59,258 nucleotides of DNA from an uncultured bacterium (GCA_964612675.1 CAZTDD010000026.1:1-59258); one strand, 5' to 3'; shown: positions 18,265 to 28,587, counted from the first letter of the stretch. The notes: generated from the letters alone by a model not told the origin. Numbers and translations: made by a program.

Positions 18265-18406
18265 GGACCGTCGGAGCCGGTGATTTGGGAAAGAAAACGC
18301 GATCTCCGTTGCCGTCATGGCGAGCGAAGCGTGGCCATCTCGTTTTTCCGGTTCAACGGTGAGATTCCCACGTCGCTTCGCTCCTCGGAATGACGGATTC
18401 GGGAGC
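18265..18406 (+). repeat. 142-nt nested-hairpin element, copy 1 (partner at 53394-53535)
   Basis: About 90 % identical to copy 2. Outer stem GAGCGAAGCGTGG/CCACGTCGCTTCGCTC, inner stem ATCTCG/[CT]GAGAT. Ends 84 nt upstream of the radical SAM gene. Confidence 0.7.
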
Positions 18407-18489
18407 GTTTTCTCACAAGGCCCTTAGGATCAAAAACCCTGCCATCGCTGTCCCGTCCCCTGGTACACTTCCTGTAGAGGAGAAAGTCG

Positions 18490-19917
18490 ATGCGAGTTTT
18501 GCTACTGAACCCCCCGGGAGATCGGCCTTATCTGCGCGACTACTATTGCAGCCATTCCGCGAAGGCGCGTTATTTCTGGCATCCTTACGATCTCCTGGTA
18601 CAGAGCGGCATCCTGTCGCGCCGTCACGAGGTGTTCGGCCTGGACGCCAATGTTCATGGTCTCAGCTTCGAGGAGGCACGGCGGCGGGTGGGTGAACTTG
18701 GCCCGGATGCAATCTTATTGCTCACCGGCGCGGCCAGCTGGCAGAACGATTCCGCTTTCATGAAGCAACTCGAATTCCCGGGACCTGTCATCGGTACCGG
18801 CGATGTGATGCTGGTCAATGGAAAGGAACACATTCAGCGATTGGATTGGCTCACAGCAGTCTTGCAGGATTTCACCTCGGATTCGGCATCGCGGTATCTC
18901 GATGTCTTAGACCCAAAAACCAACGCCCCTGTTAACGGAGAGGTTCCGCTGCCCGACATGCTATACAGCCACGGCGATGAGATTATCGAAGGACCGCGAT
19001 CTCATGAGAAGTCCTTCCGTTTTCCCCTGCCCCGCATCGATATCTTCCCGATGAACCGGTACCGCATCCCTCACGGCATGTATCGAAAATTCTGGTCAAC
19101 CCTGACGGACTTTGGATGTCCGTTTCGGTGTAGCTTCTGTGTGAGCGGAACGTTGCCTTACAAAACAAGAGACATCGACAACGTGATCCGCGAGCTGCGG
19201 TATGCGCGTGATTTGGGTTACAAGGAAGTCTGGGTAAAAGACGTCACCTTTGGTGTCAGCCGAAAACACACGCGTGAGTTCCTTGACGCTTTGGAGAAAG
19301 AAAAACTCGGCCTGAAATGGGTTGCGCTTTCTCGTGTGGATGTAATGAACGAAGAGATTCTAGAGAAAATGGCGCGGACCGGCTGCCACACGATCCAACT
19401 CGGTGTCGAGTCGGCGGATGAGGCGATACTCGAGTCCATCGGTAAGCGAATCAAACCGCAGCGGGTAAAGGAAATTTTTGACACATGCCGAAGGACGGGT
19501 ATCCGAACACTGGCGCACTTTATTATCGGCCTGCCGGGCGAAACCGAGGAAAGCGCGCGGAAGACAATCGAATTCTCTAAGGAATTGGATCCGGATTTTG
19601 CTTCCTTCAACATCGCAACACCGAAAATCGGCACACCTCTCCGCACTGAGGCGGTTGAGAAAGGCTGGACCGATCCGCGAGTCGATGTCCTCGACAATTC
19701 GACCGCGTTTCCGGTGATGGAAATCGGAACATTGTCATCCCAGCGCGTTTGGGAATTACGCAACCAGGCTATCCGGGAATTTCATCTCCGGCCTCAGTAT
19801 ATACTGCGAAAGATAACGGGCATCCGGACACCGTGGGAGTTTTACCGATCGATTCAGAACGCAGCGACGCTGCTGAGATCCACAATGAACACGCCGAAGG
19901 GAGTGGAGATGGAGTGA
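18490..19917 (+). CDS. B12-binding domain radical SAM protein
   Basis: N-terminal B12-binding-like domain, then the CPFRCSFC radical SAM cluster motif. GAGGAG RBS. Confidence 0.85.
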   Translation: MRVLLLNPPGDRPYLRDYYCSHSAKARYFWHPYDLLVQSGILSRRHEVFGLDANVHGLSFEEARRRVGELGPDAILLLTGAASWQNDSAFMKQLEFPGPVIGTGDVMLVNGKEHIQRLDWLTAVLQDFTSDSASRYLDVLDPKTNAPVNGEVPLPDMLYSHGDEIIEGPRSHEKSFRFPLPRIDIFPMNRYRIPHGMYRKFWSTLTDFGCPFRCSFCVSGTLPYKTRDIDNVIRELRYARDLGYKEVWVKDVTFGVSRKHTREFLDALEKEKLGLKWVALSRVDVMNEEILEKMARTGCHTIQLGVESADEAILESIGKRIKPQRVKEIFDTCRRTGIRTLAHFIIGLPGETEESARKTIEFSKELDPDFASFNIATPKIGTPLRTEAVEKGWTDPRVDVLDNSTAFPVMEIGTLSSQRVWELRNQAIREFHLRPQYILRKITGIRTPWEFYRSIQNAATLLRSTMNTPKGVEME

Positions 19918-19964
19918 AGTTCTAACTCCGAAAGTTGTTTGACGGTGAAATGGGCTCAAAATCA

Positions 19965-20351
19965 TCAATCTGTTAAAGATTCCAGGTATTTCCTGGCGGC
20001 CATCAGAAACTCACGAGCCTGTTCGAGCATGATCGTGACTGTCTCAGCATCAATGTCCATCTCAGCGTCATAGTCCCCTTTCAGCCTCCGGTCGAACGCA
20101 TCAAGCATCCAGCGATGGAACTTCGGATCGAGAATGCCCGCCTTAGCGAAATGCTCACCATAAGCCGAGTGAACACCGGAGTGTTTGCGATACGTTAGGT
20201 CATGTTGGCGCAGGAGTCCCTGCGCAACATGAAGCATAGCGTAATAAGCACGACCGGCAGCGAATTCTGTATCTCCGTTGTCGTACAGAATCTCGGCGGC
20301 AGCGAGAGCACGTTCGGCTTTCTCCAGAAACCTGCGAGACTCGTATTTCAT
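19965..20351 (-). CDS. HEPN-domain toxin of an MNT-HEPN pair
   Basis: 128 aa, all-alpha. Motif RRLKGDYD. 4-nt overlap with the upstream nucleotidyltransferase. Confidence 0.8.
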   Translation of the reverse strand: MKYESRRFLEKAERALAAAEILYDNGDTEFAAGRAYYAMLHVAQGLLRQHDLTYRKHSGVHSAYGEHFAKAGILDPKFHRWMLDAFDRRLKGDYDAEMDIDAETVTIMLEQAREFLMAARKYLESLTD

Positions 20352-20677
20352 GCTGATATCGCTTCTCCTCGTACGTTCTGGAGAAACATCGTGCCCTCAG
20401 TGTTCCATTGCTGCTCCGAAGTGAAAACCCGGCTGATACTCCTGCCAAATCTCAGTGAAAGTGACGCAATAATGGTGCTTGTCGAGTCGATCTCACGAGA
20501 GTAACTTTCCACACGGTCCAGCACAATCACGACGTCTACGTCAGATTCCCGGCCGGCTTCGTTCCGCGCGCAGGACCCAAACAGATAGACACCCTTCAGC
20601 CGGTCACCATAAACCAGGATAAGCTGCTTTTTGAGTTCATCGAGCAATTGTCGGATCTCTTCATTCATCTGTTCCAT
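20348..20677 (-). CDS. minimal nucleotidyltransferase (MNT) antitoxin
   Basis: GSCARNEAGRESDVDVVIV is the polymerase-beta-type hG[GS]x9-13Dh[DE]h motif. Confidence 0.85.
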   Translation of the reverse strand: MEQMNEEIRQLLDELKKQLILVYGDRLKGVYLFGSCARNEAGRESDVDVVIVLDRVESYSREIDSTSTIIASLSLRFGRSISRVFTSEQQWNTEGTMFLQNVRGEAISA

Positions 20678-20991
20678 CTCCCGAAAAGTCTCGTTTCTCC
20701 AGTTCCCAGCGCACCCCGCTCACTGTATATGCTAGCTGTGAAAAAGTATACCATAACTGCAACACTGCGACTGGGAAAAACTTACAGAATTTCTCATAAG
20801 GAATCTACAAACGAACTGACAGAAAGCATACACCATCAACTTCTTCAGTTTTCGCATCTCTTTTGTAGGTTCCTTTTAAGAGAACGGTTTCCATCCGTAG
20901 AATTCACAAAATCGTCTGCCTACTGTATTCTCCAATACTGCGGTGCCTCCACGTACAAGAACTTGATTCAGGAACCGACAAAACGCGAGGA

Positions 20992-23016
20992 GTGGTTTTC
21001 ATGTATAAGCAAGCCAAAGTAATCGGAATCATCGTAGCATTGACTGGGACGATTCTATCATTGCCTTCTGAGGCTCAGGTCAGCCTCGTGCGGGACGGCA
21101 AAGCGCGTGCGATCATTGTCACTTCTGATGAGCCTGCCGAAACCGCGCGTTACGCCGCGGAAGAACTTATCAGCCACCTGAAAAAGGCAACGGGCGTCAC
21201 CCTGAAAGTCGTGTCGGAATCCGAAACGCCCACAGAACCGCACACCCGAGTCTACATCGGTGAAACAGAAACAGGCATCCACAATGGCATTGATCCAAGC
21301 TGTCTACAGCGGGAAGAGTATGTCATGCGCTCCGTTGGAAACGATCTCTTCATCGTCGGACAAGACGGCGACGAGAATCCTCTGCTACAAAACAACCCGA
21401 ACGTCGGCACACTGTTCGGCGTGTATGAATTTCTAGAACGCTATCTCGGCGTCCGCTGGCTCTGGCCGGGAGATCTCGGTACATACATCCCGAAAACCGA
21501 CACGGTCGAGTTTTGGTCGGTCAATGAAACACATGCACCGGCACTGGCGTTCCGATTGCTGGTCTGGTCGCGTATCCGCGCCATCGCTGTTGGCGGTCGA
21601 GATCTCAGTAAAGAAGATGAGCGGCTGGGATTCAGTCAACCGGGAGCGAAGCGCTACGGCGAGGCGTTGCAAGTTTTGCTGCGCCGCCACCGCCTGGGCG
21701 GCAGAGACGCCGAACCGCCCACGGGTCACGCATTCAGTGGATGGTGGCAACGCTACGGCCAGGAACACCCCGAGTGGTTTGCCCTGCGCCGCGATGGGAC
21801 ACGCGGTCATCCGGACAAAGATTATGCCCATGTCTCCATGTGTGTCTCTAACGAAGAACTACAGGATTTCATCATCGAACAATGGGACGGGGAAAGCGTC
21901 CTTCGGCTTGGCCCCGTAGATCGGCCGGGACGGTGTATCTGTGAGAAATGCCGTTCCTGGGACGGACCGCAGCCGGAAGATCCGCCCTGGTTCGCCGAGC
22001 GGGTATACGCAACCGATCACCGGGCGCAGGAGCACTTTGCGGGCGTAACATCAGACCGCTATGCCCGGTTCTGGAAGATCATGCAAAAGAAAGCGGCGAA
22101 ACGCAATCCGCACGCCCTCGTGTCGGTATCCTACATCTATGAAAATGAATTCCCGGCACCGGTGACGGATATTGACTTGAACAAGAACATCTTCGCCGAG
22201 TTTGTACAGTGGCAGGACCCGCACCTCCGGTGGTTCCCTATGCCGGATGAAGCGTATAAGTGGATCAAAGAACAGTGGCTGGGCTGGAGAGAAACCGGAA
22301 TTCGGATGGCCTACCGGCCCAACTACTTGCATGACGGTTACGTGATGCCCCATTTCGACACTCGGCAATCGGGCGGTTTCTTCAAGTTTGCATATGAGCA
22401 CGGGATGGAAGGCGCCCGCTTCGATTCGCTAACCGGTCAATGGGCAGCGCAGGGACTCAGACTCTATATGCACATGCGTTTAATGAATAAACCCGAATTG
22501 GAAATCGAGACAATCCGTGACGAGTATTTCTCTGCGTTCGGGCCTGCCGCAACAACGATGGAGCAGTATTTTGATTATTGGGAGGATTACGCATTCGACA
22601 ACCGAATGCGGTTCATCGAGTTGTATTGGGACGTGGGCTGGCGATACAGCAACTACGTGCGCTGCGCTCATCTCGCATTTCCCGATGAATGTTTCGAACC
22701 AGCGGAAGAACTACTCGAAGAGGCCCTGGCGAAAGCGCGCAAGGATCCGCTCCCTGAGTTTGCCGAACGTGTGCGATTTATTCAGACCGGTCTTGAGCAT
22801 GCTCGGTTGGCATGCGATCTCGCGGCTGTATATGACGGCAACGAAGTGGTTCCCGCAGGTCGAGTGGAGGAAGCCAAAGAAGCGCTACGTAAACTCGTGA
22901 AGTTCCGCAAGGAGAACGAACATACCTATTTCTCGGATCTTTTGCACGTCACCAACTTCTGGGAACGCCCGCGGTTGAATGTGGAGGAACTCGTTGGGAT
23001 GCTCGCCGGGGAGTAA
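20992..23016 (+). CDS. secreted DUF4838-like (glycoside-hydrolase-associated) protein
   Basis: Signal peptide. N-terminus VRDGKARAIIVTSDEPAETARYAAEELISHLKKATGV is typical of DUF4838, as I recall it. Confidence 0.45.
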   Translation: MVFMYKQAKVIGIIVALTGTILSLPSEAQVSLVRDGKARAIIVTSDEPAETARYAAEELISHLKKATGVTLKVVSESETPTEPHTRVYIGETETGIHNGIDPSCLQREEYVMRSVGNDLFIVGQDGDENPLLQNNPNVGTLFGVYEFLERYLGVRWLWPGDLGTYIPKTDTVEFWSVNETHAPALAFRLLVWSRIRAIAVGGRDLSKEDERLGFSQPGAKRYGEALQVLLRRHRLGGRDAEPPTGHAFSGWWQRYGQEHPEWFALRRDGTRGHPDKDYAHVSMCVSNEELQDFIIEQWDGESVLRLGPVDRPGRCICEKCRSWDGPQPEDPPWFAERVYATDHRAQEHFAGVTSDRYARFWKIMQKKAAKRNPHALVSVSYIYENEFPAPVTDIDLNKNIFAEFVQWQDPHLRWFPMPDEAYKWIKEQWLGWRETGIRMAYRPNYLHDGYVMPHFDTRQSGGFFKFAYEHGMEGARFDSLTGQWAAQGLRLYMHMRLMNKPELEIETIRDEYFSAFGPAATTMEQYFDYWEDYAFDNRMRFIELYWDVGWRYSNYVRCAHLAFPDECFEPAEELLEEALAKARKDPLPEFAERVRFIQTGLEHARLACDLAAVYDGNEVVPAGRVEEAKEALRKLVKFRKENEHTYFSDLLHVTNFWERPRLNVEELVGMLAGE

Positions 23017-23111
23017 TGCATTCGTCTAGCAGAAGTGTCAGAATCCTAAGAGAGATACTGGCTGGGGAATCGCTTTAGGAGCGAGCTCCGAATACGCGCG
23101 TGAGGCATTCA

Positions 23112-24401
23112 ATGAAACAAAACAAACTGAATCGACGGGAATTTGCCGAGAAAACACTCGCCTACGGGACAACACTGGGGGCAACCTCCTTCGTTCCGAC
23201 GGATGTACGCGGTGCCAACGACAAGGTGGTTATCGGCGCGATGGGAATCGGACGCCGTGGCGGTGTCTTGCTGTCCTCATTCCTGCGTCAAAAAGACGTC
23301 TCTGTCGCCGCGGTCTGCGACATCGACGAAAGACACCTTGCGGAAGGCATCGCTCGAACCGACGGCAAAGCCAAAGGCTATCACGATTTTCGCAACATGC
23401 TCGGACAAGAGGACATCGACGCGATCCTCATCGGCACGCCCGATCACTGGCACGCACTCCCAACGGTTCAGGCGTGTCGAGCGGATAAAGATGTTTACGT
23501 CGAGAAACCGTTATGTCACAACGTTCGCGAAGGACAAGTTATACTGGAAACCATGCAAGAGACCGGGCGTATTGTGCAGATGGGAACACAGCAGCGGAGC
23601 CAATCCCACTGGCAGCAGGCCGTTGAGATCGTGAAATCCGGACAACTCGGAACTATCGCAGAAATACGCGTTTGGAATAACTTCCGGTATAGAAACCTGG
23701 GCAATCCGCCCGACGGGACTCCGCCGAAAGAAGCAGACTATGATTTCTGGCTCGGCCCTGCTCCGAAACGGCCGTTCAATCCGAACCGCTTTCATGCCAC
23801 CGCGTTGTATTTCTGGGATTATGCCGGGGGATGCGTCACATCATGGGGAGTGCATCTGTTGGATGTGGCCTATTGGGCGCTCGATCTGGATGGACCGACA
23901 AGCGTCGCGGCGGCCGGCGGCAAATTCTGTATCGATGACAACCGCGAAACACCAGACACGTTCAGCGCAGTCTATGAATATCCCGGCCTGACAATGACCT
24001 ATATGCTGCGGCACTGGAACGGACTCACAAGACCGTTGGGGCGATTCGGCAAATCGAATCACGGCATCGAATTCCATGGAACCGATGCGTCCCTCTACAT
24101 CGACCGGCGCGGATTCGAACTTTGTCCCGTAGGCGACCAACCGCAGGCACAGAGCGTGGAAGGCGGGAACGGTACAGAGGCCCACATACGGAACTTCATC
24201 GATTGTGTGAAGAGTCGAAACAAACCCAATTCGAGCGCCGATTTTGGCCATCCGCCGAGTGTAGCAACGTTTCTTGGTAACATCTCCTATCGAACCGGAA
24301 GGAAGATCCACTGGGATCCCGACACCGAAACGATCATCGGAGACGCGCAAGCAAGTGACTATCTCTCGCGTGAGTACAGAAAGCCGTGGACGCTGACATA
24401 G
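23112..24401 (+). CDS. Tat-exported Gfo/Idh/MocA-family oxidoreductase
   Basis: Twin-arginine signal NRREFAEKTLAYGTTLGA. Rossmann block VVIGAMGIGRRG. The ATG at 23112 has a GAGG RBS; the track start at 23100 is a GTG. Confidence 0.85.
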   Translation: MKQNKLNRREFAEKTLAYGTTLGATSFVPTDVRGANDKVVIGAMGIGRRGGVLLSSFLRQKDVSVAAVCDIDERHLAEGIARTDGKAKGYHDFRNMLGQEDIDAILIGTPDHWHALPTVQACRADKDVYVEKPLCHNVREGQVILETMQETGRIVQMGTQQRSQSHWQQAVEIVKSGQLGTIAEIRVWNNFRYRNLGNPPDGTPPKEADYDFWLGPAPKRPFNPNRFHATALYFWDYAGGCVTSWGVHLLDVAYWALDLDGPTSVAAAGGKFCIDDNRETPDTFSAVYEYPGLTMTYMLRHWNGLTRPLGRFGKSNHGIEFHGTDASLYIDRRGFELCPVGDQPQAQSVEGGNGTEAHIRNFIDCVKSRNKPNSSADFGHPPSVATFLGNISYRTGRKIHWDPDTETIIGDAQASDYLSREYRKPWTLT

Positions 24402-24557
24402 CTATCGTGGTCGGAAACGATACATTCAACCGAGCCCCCAAGTTGGAACTGGGTGTGACTCCCGCTTGGTCTGTCTACGAGGACGATTAATCAAGTTGCG
24501 TGGACAATCCAGACGACTGTTCAGGCCGTTGACTCACCCTACAGCTCGCATTGGGTT

Positions 24558-25427
24558 CTAATCGGAAGCCTCGCTTTTCACGCCGCGTCGTTCCCGCCAC
24601 TCTTCCATAATCGATTCATCGAGAGAGTAGCTCTCATCCAGTGTCGGAAATCCGCTCTCTCTCACTTCGGAGGCGTATTCCTTGAAAGCGTCCGACATGT
24701 CTTCAGCCAGGTGGGCGAATCGGCGAACAAACTGCGGTTTGAATGCGGTGAACAAACCGAGCAGGTCCGGCGTAACCATCACTTGTCCGTCACAGTACGG
24801 TCCGGCACCGATCCCGATGGTGGGAATGCTCACAGACCGGGTGATCTCTCGAGCGACAGGCCACGGAACCGCTTCGATAACAATCGAGAACGCGCCGGCT
24901 TCTTCTACGGCCCGAGCGTCTTCAAGGAGTTGGCCTATCGCCTCAACGGTCTTGCCTTGAACCTTGTGCCCGCCAATCGCACGGCAGGACTGTGGCGCCA
25001 ATCCAACATGACCCATCACGGGAATACCGGCTTTCGACAAAGCCGAAACGACAGGAACGACATTCGAGCCGCCTTCGAGTTTGACCGCCGTCGCCCCGCC
25101 CTCTTTCAGCATCCGACCAGAATTATGCAGGGCTTCCTCCACCGAGGTCTGGTAGGACATGAATGGCAAATCGGCAATCACCATGGCGCGGCTAACCCCC
25201 CTGCAGACCGCACGTGTATGGTAAACGACCTCGTCGACCGTAACCGGCAGCGTGGTCTCCTGTCCCTGAAACACCATTCCCAGCGTATCGCCAACAAGAA
25301 TCGCATCCACACCGGACTCGTCCAGAAGCCGTGCAGTCAGATAGTCATACCCTGTCAGCATGACAATCTTCCTTCCGTCATCCTTCATCTTCTGGAAAGC
25401 CGGTACGGTTACCTTCTTCATATTCAT
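24558..25427 (-). CDS. panB: 3-methyl-2-oxobutanoate hydroxymethyltransferase
   Basis: Full-length PanB similarity (TGYDY..ILVGDTLGMV...). The ATG at 25427 has a GGAGGA RBS; the track start is a TTG. Confidence 0.9.
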   Translation of the reverse strand: MNMKKVTVPAFQKMKDDGRKIVMLTGYDYLTARLLDESGVDAILVGDTLGMVFQGQETTLPVTVDEVVYHTRAVCRGVSRAMVIADLPFMSYQTSVEEALHNSGRMLKEGGATAVKLEGGSNVVPVVSALSKAGIPVMGHVGLAPQSCRAIGGHKVQGKTVEAIGQLLEDARAVEEAGAFSIVIEAVPWPVAREITRSVSIPTIGIGAGPYCDGQVMVTPDLLGLFTAFKPQFVRRFAHLAEDMSDAFKEYASEVRESGFPTLDESYSLDESIMEEWRERRGVKSEASD

Positions 25428-25539
25428 TACGAACCAATTCCTCCTATGTTCATACAAATGAAATGATTATAAAATCCAAATCTCCGCCCGGAATAAATCC
25501 GGGCGCTAAATCTCATTTTCATTGAAATGAACTGAATGA

Positions 25540-25574
25540 AGGACTACTGTCCTCTTTAGAAGGACTACTGTCCT
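25540..25574. promoter_or_regulatory. two AGGACTACTGTCCT (GGAC-N4-GTCC) sites spaced 21 bp, in the divergent panB/TPR-gene intergenic region
   Basis: 20-bp direct repeat GAAGGACTACTGTCCTCTTT at 25538-25557 and 25559-25578. Each copy contains a 5-bp inverted repeat. Confidence 0.4.
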
Positions 25575-25724
25575 TTTTCGATTGTAGAACGCTGAAGATC
25601 CAGCACGTTCCATCATAATCAAGTATATCAAAACAGTCGAGAATGGTTGAGAGAAGATCGTACGCTTTCGTCGTATTATTCGTTAGACTATTGAGTAGAG
25701 ACAAAAGTTGATGGAAAGAAAACC

Positions 25725-27122
25725 ATGATACGAACACGAGTTCAGAATACCATTTGCGTGACATTCCTATTGACGCTGGCGCTGCTCATGAATCCGTCGG
25801 TTACCAGCTGTGCCGACGATGACGAAACACAGGCAACAGGAACCACTGTCGAAGAGTCGACCTCCACTGTATCTTCACCGCTCCTGAAGGTCACTCAACC
25901 GCTCATTCGTGGGCGAGAATACGAGCAACGCGGACATCTTCAGCTCGCAGCGGAGGCCTATCGAGAAGTGGTATCGGCCAGCCCCGCTTATGTGGAAGGG
26001 CATCACAGACTTGGCAACGTCCTGCGCCGTATCGATCCCCAGAGTGTCGAGGCATTGCAGCATTTGGAGTATTGTGTCCAAGCGAGACCGAGTCATCCCG
26101 GCTACCGTATGGAATTGGCAAATGCGTATATCGCCGCTGATAAGGAAGCGAAAGCGATAGAACAATATGAAGCCCTCGTCCGAATGCGGCCGAAAGACCC
26201 GCAGCTGGTCAATCGCCTTGCCAACCTGTACATGGAACAGGGCAACGACCGTCGCGCGGCTCAACTCTACAACACGCTCATGGAACAGCACCCCAACCAG
26301 GTAGCGCCGATGGTCAATCTTGCACAGATTCATCGCGAGCAAGGCAACTACGAGCAGGCGTTGTCGCTGCTTAATCGGTCGCTATCGAACGATCCCGACA
26401 ATTACTACGCCCTTGTCGAGCGCGGAAAGGCCATGATGGCGATCGGCAACGCCACTTCAGCGGCGCAGGATCTGGAAACCGCACTCAGGTCGAACCCGTT
26501 GAATCCCGACACGTACAGATTGCTGGCCCAAGCCCGCCTGCAGAGCGGCAACCGGGAGGGCGCTCGCCAGGCATCGAAAATGGCCGAGACGTTCTCCGAG
26601 TTACCACCGGCTCAAGCCCAGCAGCTGTACAGGCTTTACCAAAAACCGCGCCGAACACCGCGTGAAAACATCTATCTCGGCACACAACTTTCCCAGCTCG
26701 GCAGGCTGGACCTTGCGCAGAATTTCCTTGAGCAAGGCCTGCAACGGAATTACGGGAACCGATCTGCGTGGTACCTTCTGGGCTTGCTCCGATACCAACA
26801 GCGCGATTTCCAAGGAGCGGTCCAGGCGTTTGAGAATTCCGGATCCTATCTCAACCGTCAGGGCGTCGATCAATACCGCTACATGTCCTCCGCGCTGTTG
26901 AATGCCGGCGAGTACCGAAAGGCACGCAAGTATGTGCGTGAAGGATTGAAGAGTTACCCCAACGACCAGGCGCTCTTGCGTACCCGGGAAGCAATTCAAG
27001 CCGCACAGCAACCAAAACCTGAGATGACCGCAAATGAGCGCGAACGAATCGAGGACATGAGAAAACGTCAGCGCTATATCGAGGAAATGCGCGAAAAAGG
27101 CCTTCTTGACGTTGTCGACTAG
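25725..27122 (+). CDS. secreted TPR-repeat protein
   Basis: Signal peptide plus at least 8 TPR-like 34-aa repeats (A.Y..G......A). Confidence 0.8.
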   Translation: MIRTRVQNTICVTFLLTLALLMNPSVTSCADDDETQATGTTVEESTSTVSSPLLKVTQPLIRGREYEQRGHLQLAAEAYREVVSASPAYVEGHHRLGNVLRRIDPQSVEALQHLEYCVQARPSHPGYRMELANAYIAADKEAKAIEQYEALVRMRPKDPQLVNRLANLYMEQGNDRRAAQLYNTLMEQHPNQVAPMVNLAQIHREQGNYEQALSLLNRSLSNDPDNYYALVERGKAMMAIGNATSAAQDLETALRSNPLNPDTYRLLAQARLQSGNREGARQASKMAETFSELPPAQAQQLYRLYQKPRRTPRENIYLGTQLSQLGRLDLAQNFLEQGLQRNYGNRSAWYLLGLLRYQQRDFQGAVQAFENSGSYLNRQGVDQYRYMSSALLNAGEYRKARKYVREGLKSYPNDQALLRTREAIQAAQQPKPEMTANERERIEDMRKRQRYIEEMREKGLLDVVD

Positions 27123-27251
27123 ACACGATTTCCGCCGACTCGTGCGGATCCGGCTCCCCCACCCGGGACAAAATGGAATGATTCCGTTAGGATTTCCGCC
27201 GTTTTCAACAATTCGAACAGCCTTCACACGACCTTGAGGAGAGTGTTCACA

Positions 27252-28520
27252 ATGGCGAACTCCGAGAAATTGGCAATCGACGGCGGGACTCCGGTCTGCG
27301 CCGAGAGAATCTCAAACAGCCTACATGGCGTCGAACAGATCGGCGAGGCGGAAAAGCAGGCGGTTCTCAATGTATTGGAGAAACGTCGGCTGTTCCGTTT
27401 TTATGAAGACGGTCTCGACCAATCCGAAGCAGCGCGGCTCGAAGCGCGCTACGCGGAGCGTCTCGGCGTGAAACACACCCTGGCAGTCAATTCGGGCACC
27501 TCAGCGCTCATCGCCGCGTTGGCGGGATTGGATTTGGACCCGGGCGACGAGGTCATCATACCCGCGTACACATTCATCGCCTCCGCCGCCGCAGTAATCG
27601 CCGTACGGGCAATTCCCATTCTGTGCGAAATCGACGAATCGCTGACGATGGATCCGGAACATGTACGGAAATGCATTACACCGCGAACCAAGGCGATCAT
27701 GCCCGTTCACATGCGCGGATTTCCCTGCAGGATGGATGAGATCCTTGCCATCGCAAGAGAATACAACCTGAAGATCATCGAAGACGTCGCACAAGCGAAC
27801 GGGGCGACCTACAAAGGACGACCGCTCGGTTCGATGGGCGAGGTAGGATGTTTCAGTTTTCAACAGTACAAAATCATTACCGCAGGCGAGGGCGGCCTGC
27901 TGTGTACGGATGACGAATGGCTCTACGGCCGCGCTCGGACACAGCATGATTGCGCCGCGCGTTACTGGCTGCGCAGGAATGAGGAGATCTACGATATCGC
28001 CGGGGAAGACTACAGGCTTTCGGAGCTCAGTGCGGCGCTTGTCCTGGTCCAGATGGACCGGCTCGATCCCCTGCTGAGCCACTTTCGGCATTGCAAAAAG
28101 CGCATCGTCGACGGGATTCAAGATCTCGATGGTATCGAGGTGGCCCCCAGTCCCGATCCGGAAGGGGACGCAGGAATTGCGATCATGTTTTATACAGAGA
28201 GCGAAGATACTTCCCGCCGGTTTGCCCAGGCGCTCGACGCCGAAGGAGTCGAGTGCGGAACAATGTACAACCAGGGAATTCCCGACCGACACATCTATTG
28301 CTACTGGCCTTTCGTGAACCGGCCACAGTCCGATGAGAAGATCTGCCCCTGGACCTGCGGATGCCGGGATACGGAAATTCGGTACAGCCGGGACATGTGT
28401 CCAAAAACATTAGACTATCTCGGCCGGGCGATCAGCATCGGTATCCACCAGAAGCTTACGGACAGCCAGTGCGATCAGATGATCGAGGCAATCCGCAAAG
28501 TAGCAGGTGCCCTGTTTTGA
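27252..28520 (+). CDS. DegT/DnrJ/EryC1/StrS-family PLP-dependent aminotransferase
   Basis: Fold-type I motifs and a conserved lysine region. The ATG at 27252 has a GAGGAG RBS. Confidence 0.85.
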   Translation: MANSEKLAIDGGTPVCAERISNSLHGVEQIGEAEKQAVLNVLEKRRLFRFYEDGLDQSEAARLEARYAERLGVKHTLAVNSGTSALIAALAGLDLDPGDEVIIPAYTFIASAAAVIAVRAIPILCEIDESLTMDPEHVRKCITPRTKAIMPVHMRGFPCRMDEILAIAREYNLKIIEDVAQANGATYKGRPLGSMGEVGCFSFQQYKIITAGEGGLLCTDDEWLYGRARTQHDCAARYWLRRNEEIYDIAGEDYRLSELSAALVLVQMDRLDPLLSHFRHCKKRIVDGIQDLDGIEVAPSPDPEGDAGIAIMFYTESEDTSRRFAQALDAEGVECGTMYNQGIPDRHIYCYWPFVNRPQSDEKICPWTCGCRDTEIRYSRDMCPKTLDYLGRAISIGIHQKLTDSQCDQMIEAIRKVAGALF

Positions 28521-28587
28521 AGGACGGGTTGCTTGCCTGAAGGCAAGCTCACGGCCATAATCAGCATACATTTTCCGAAAGATAACA

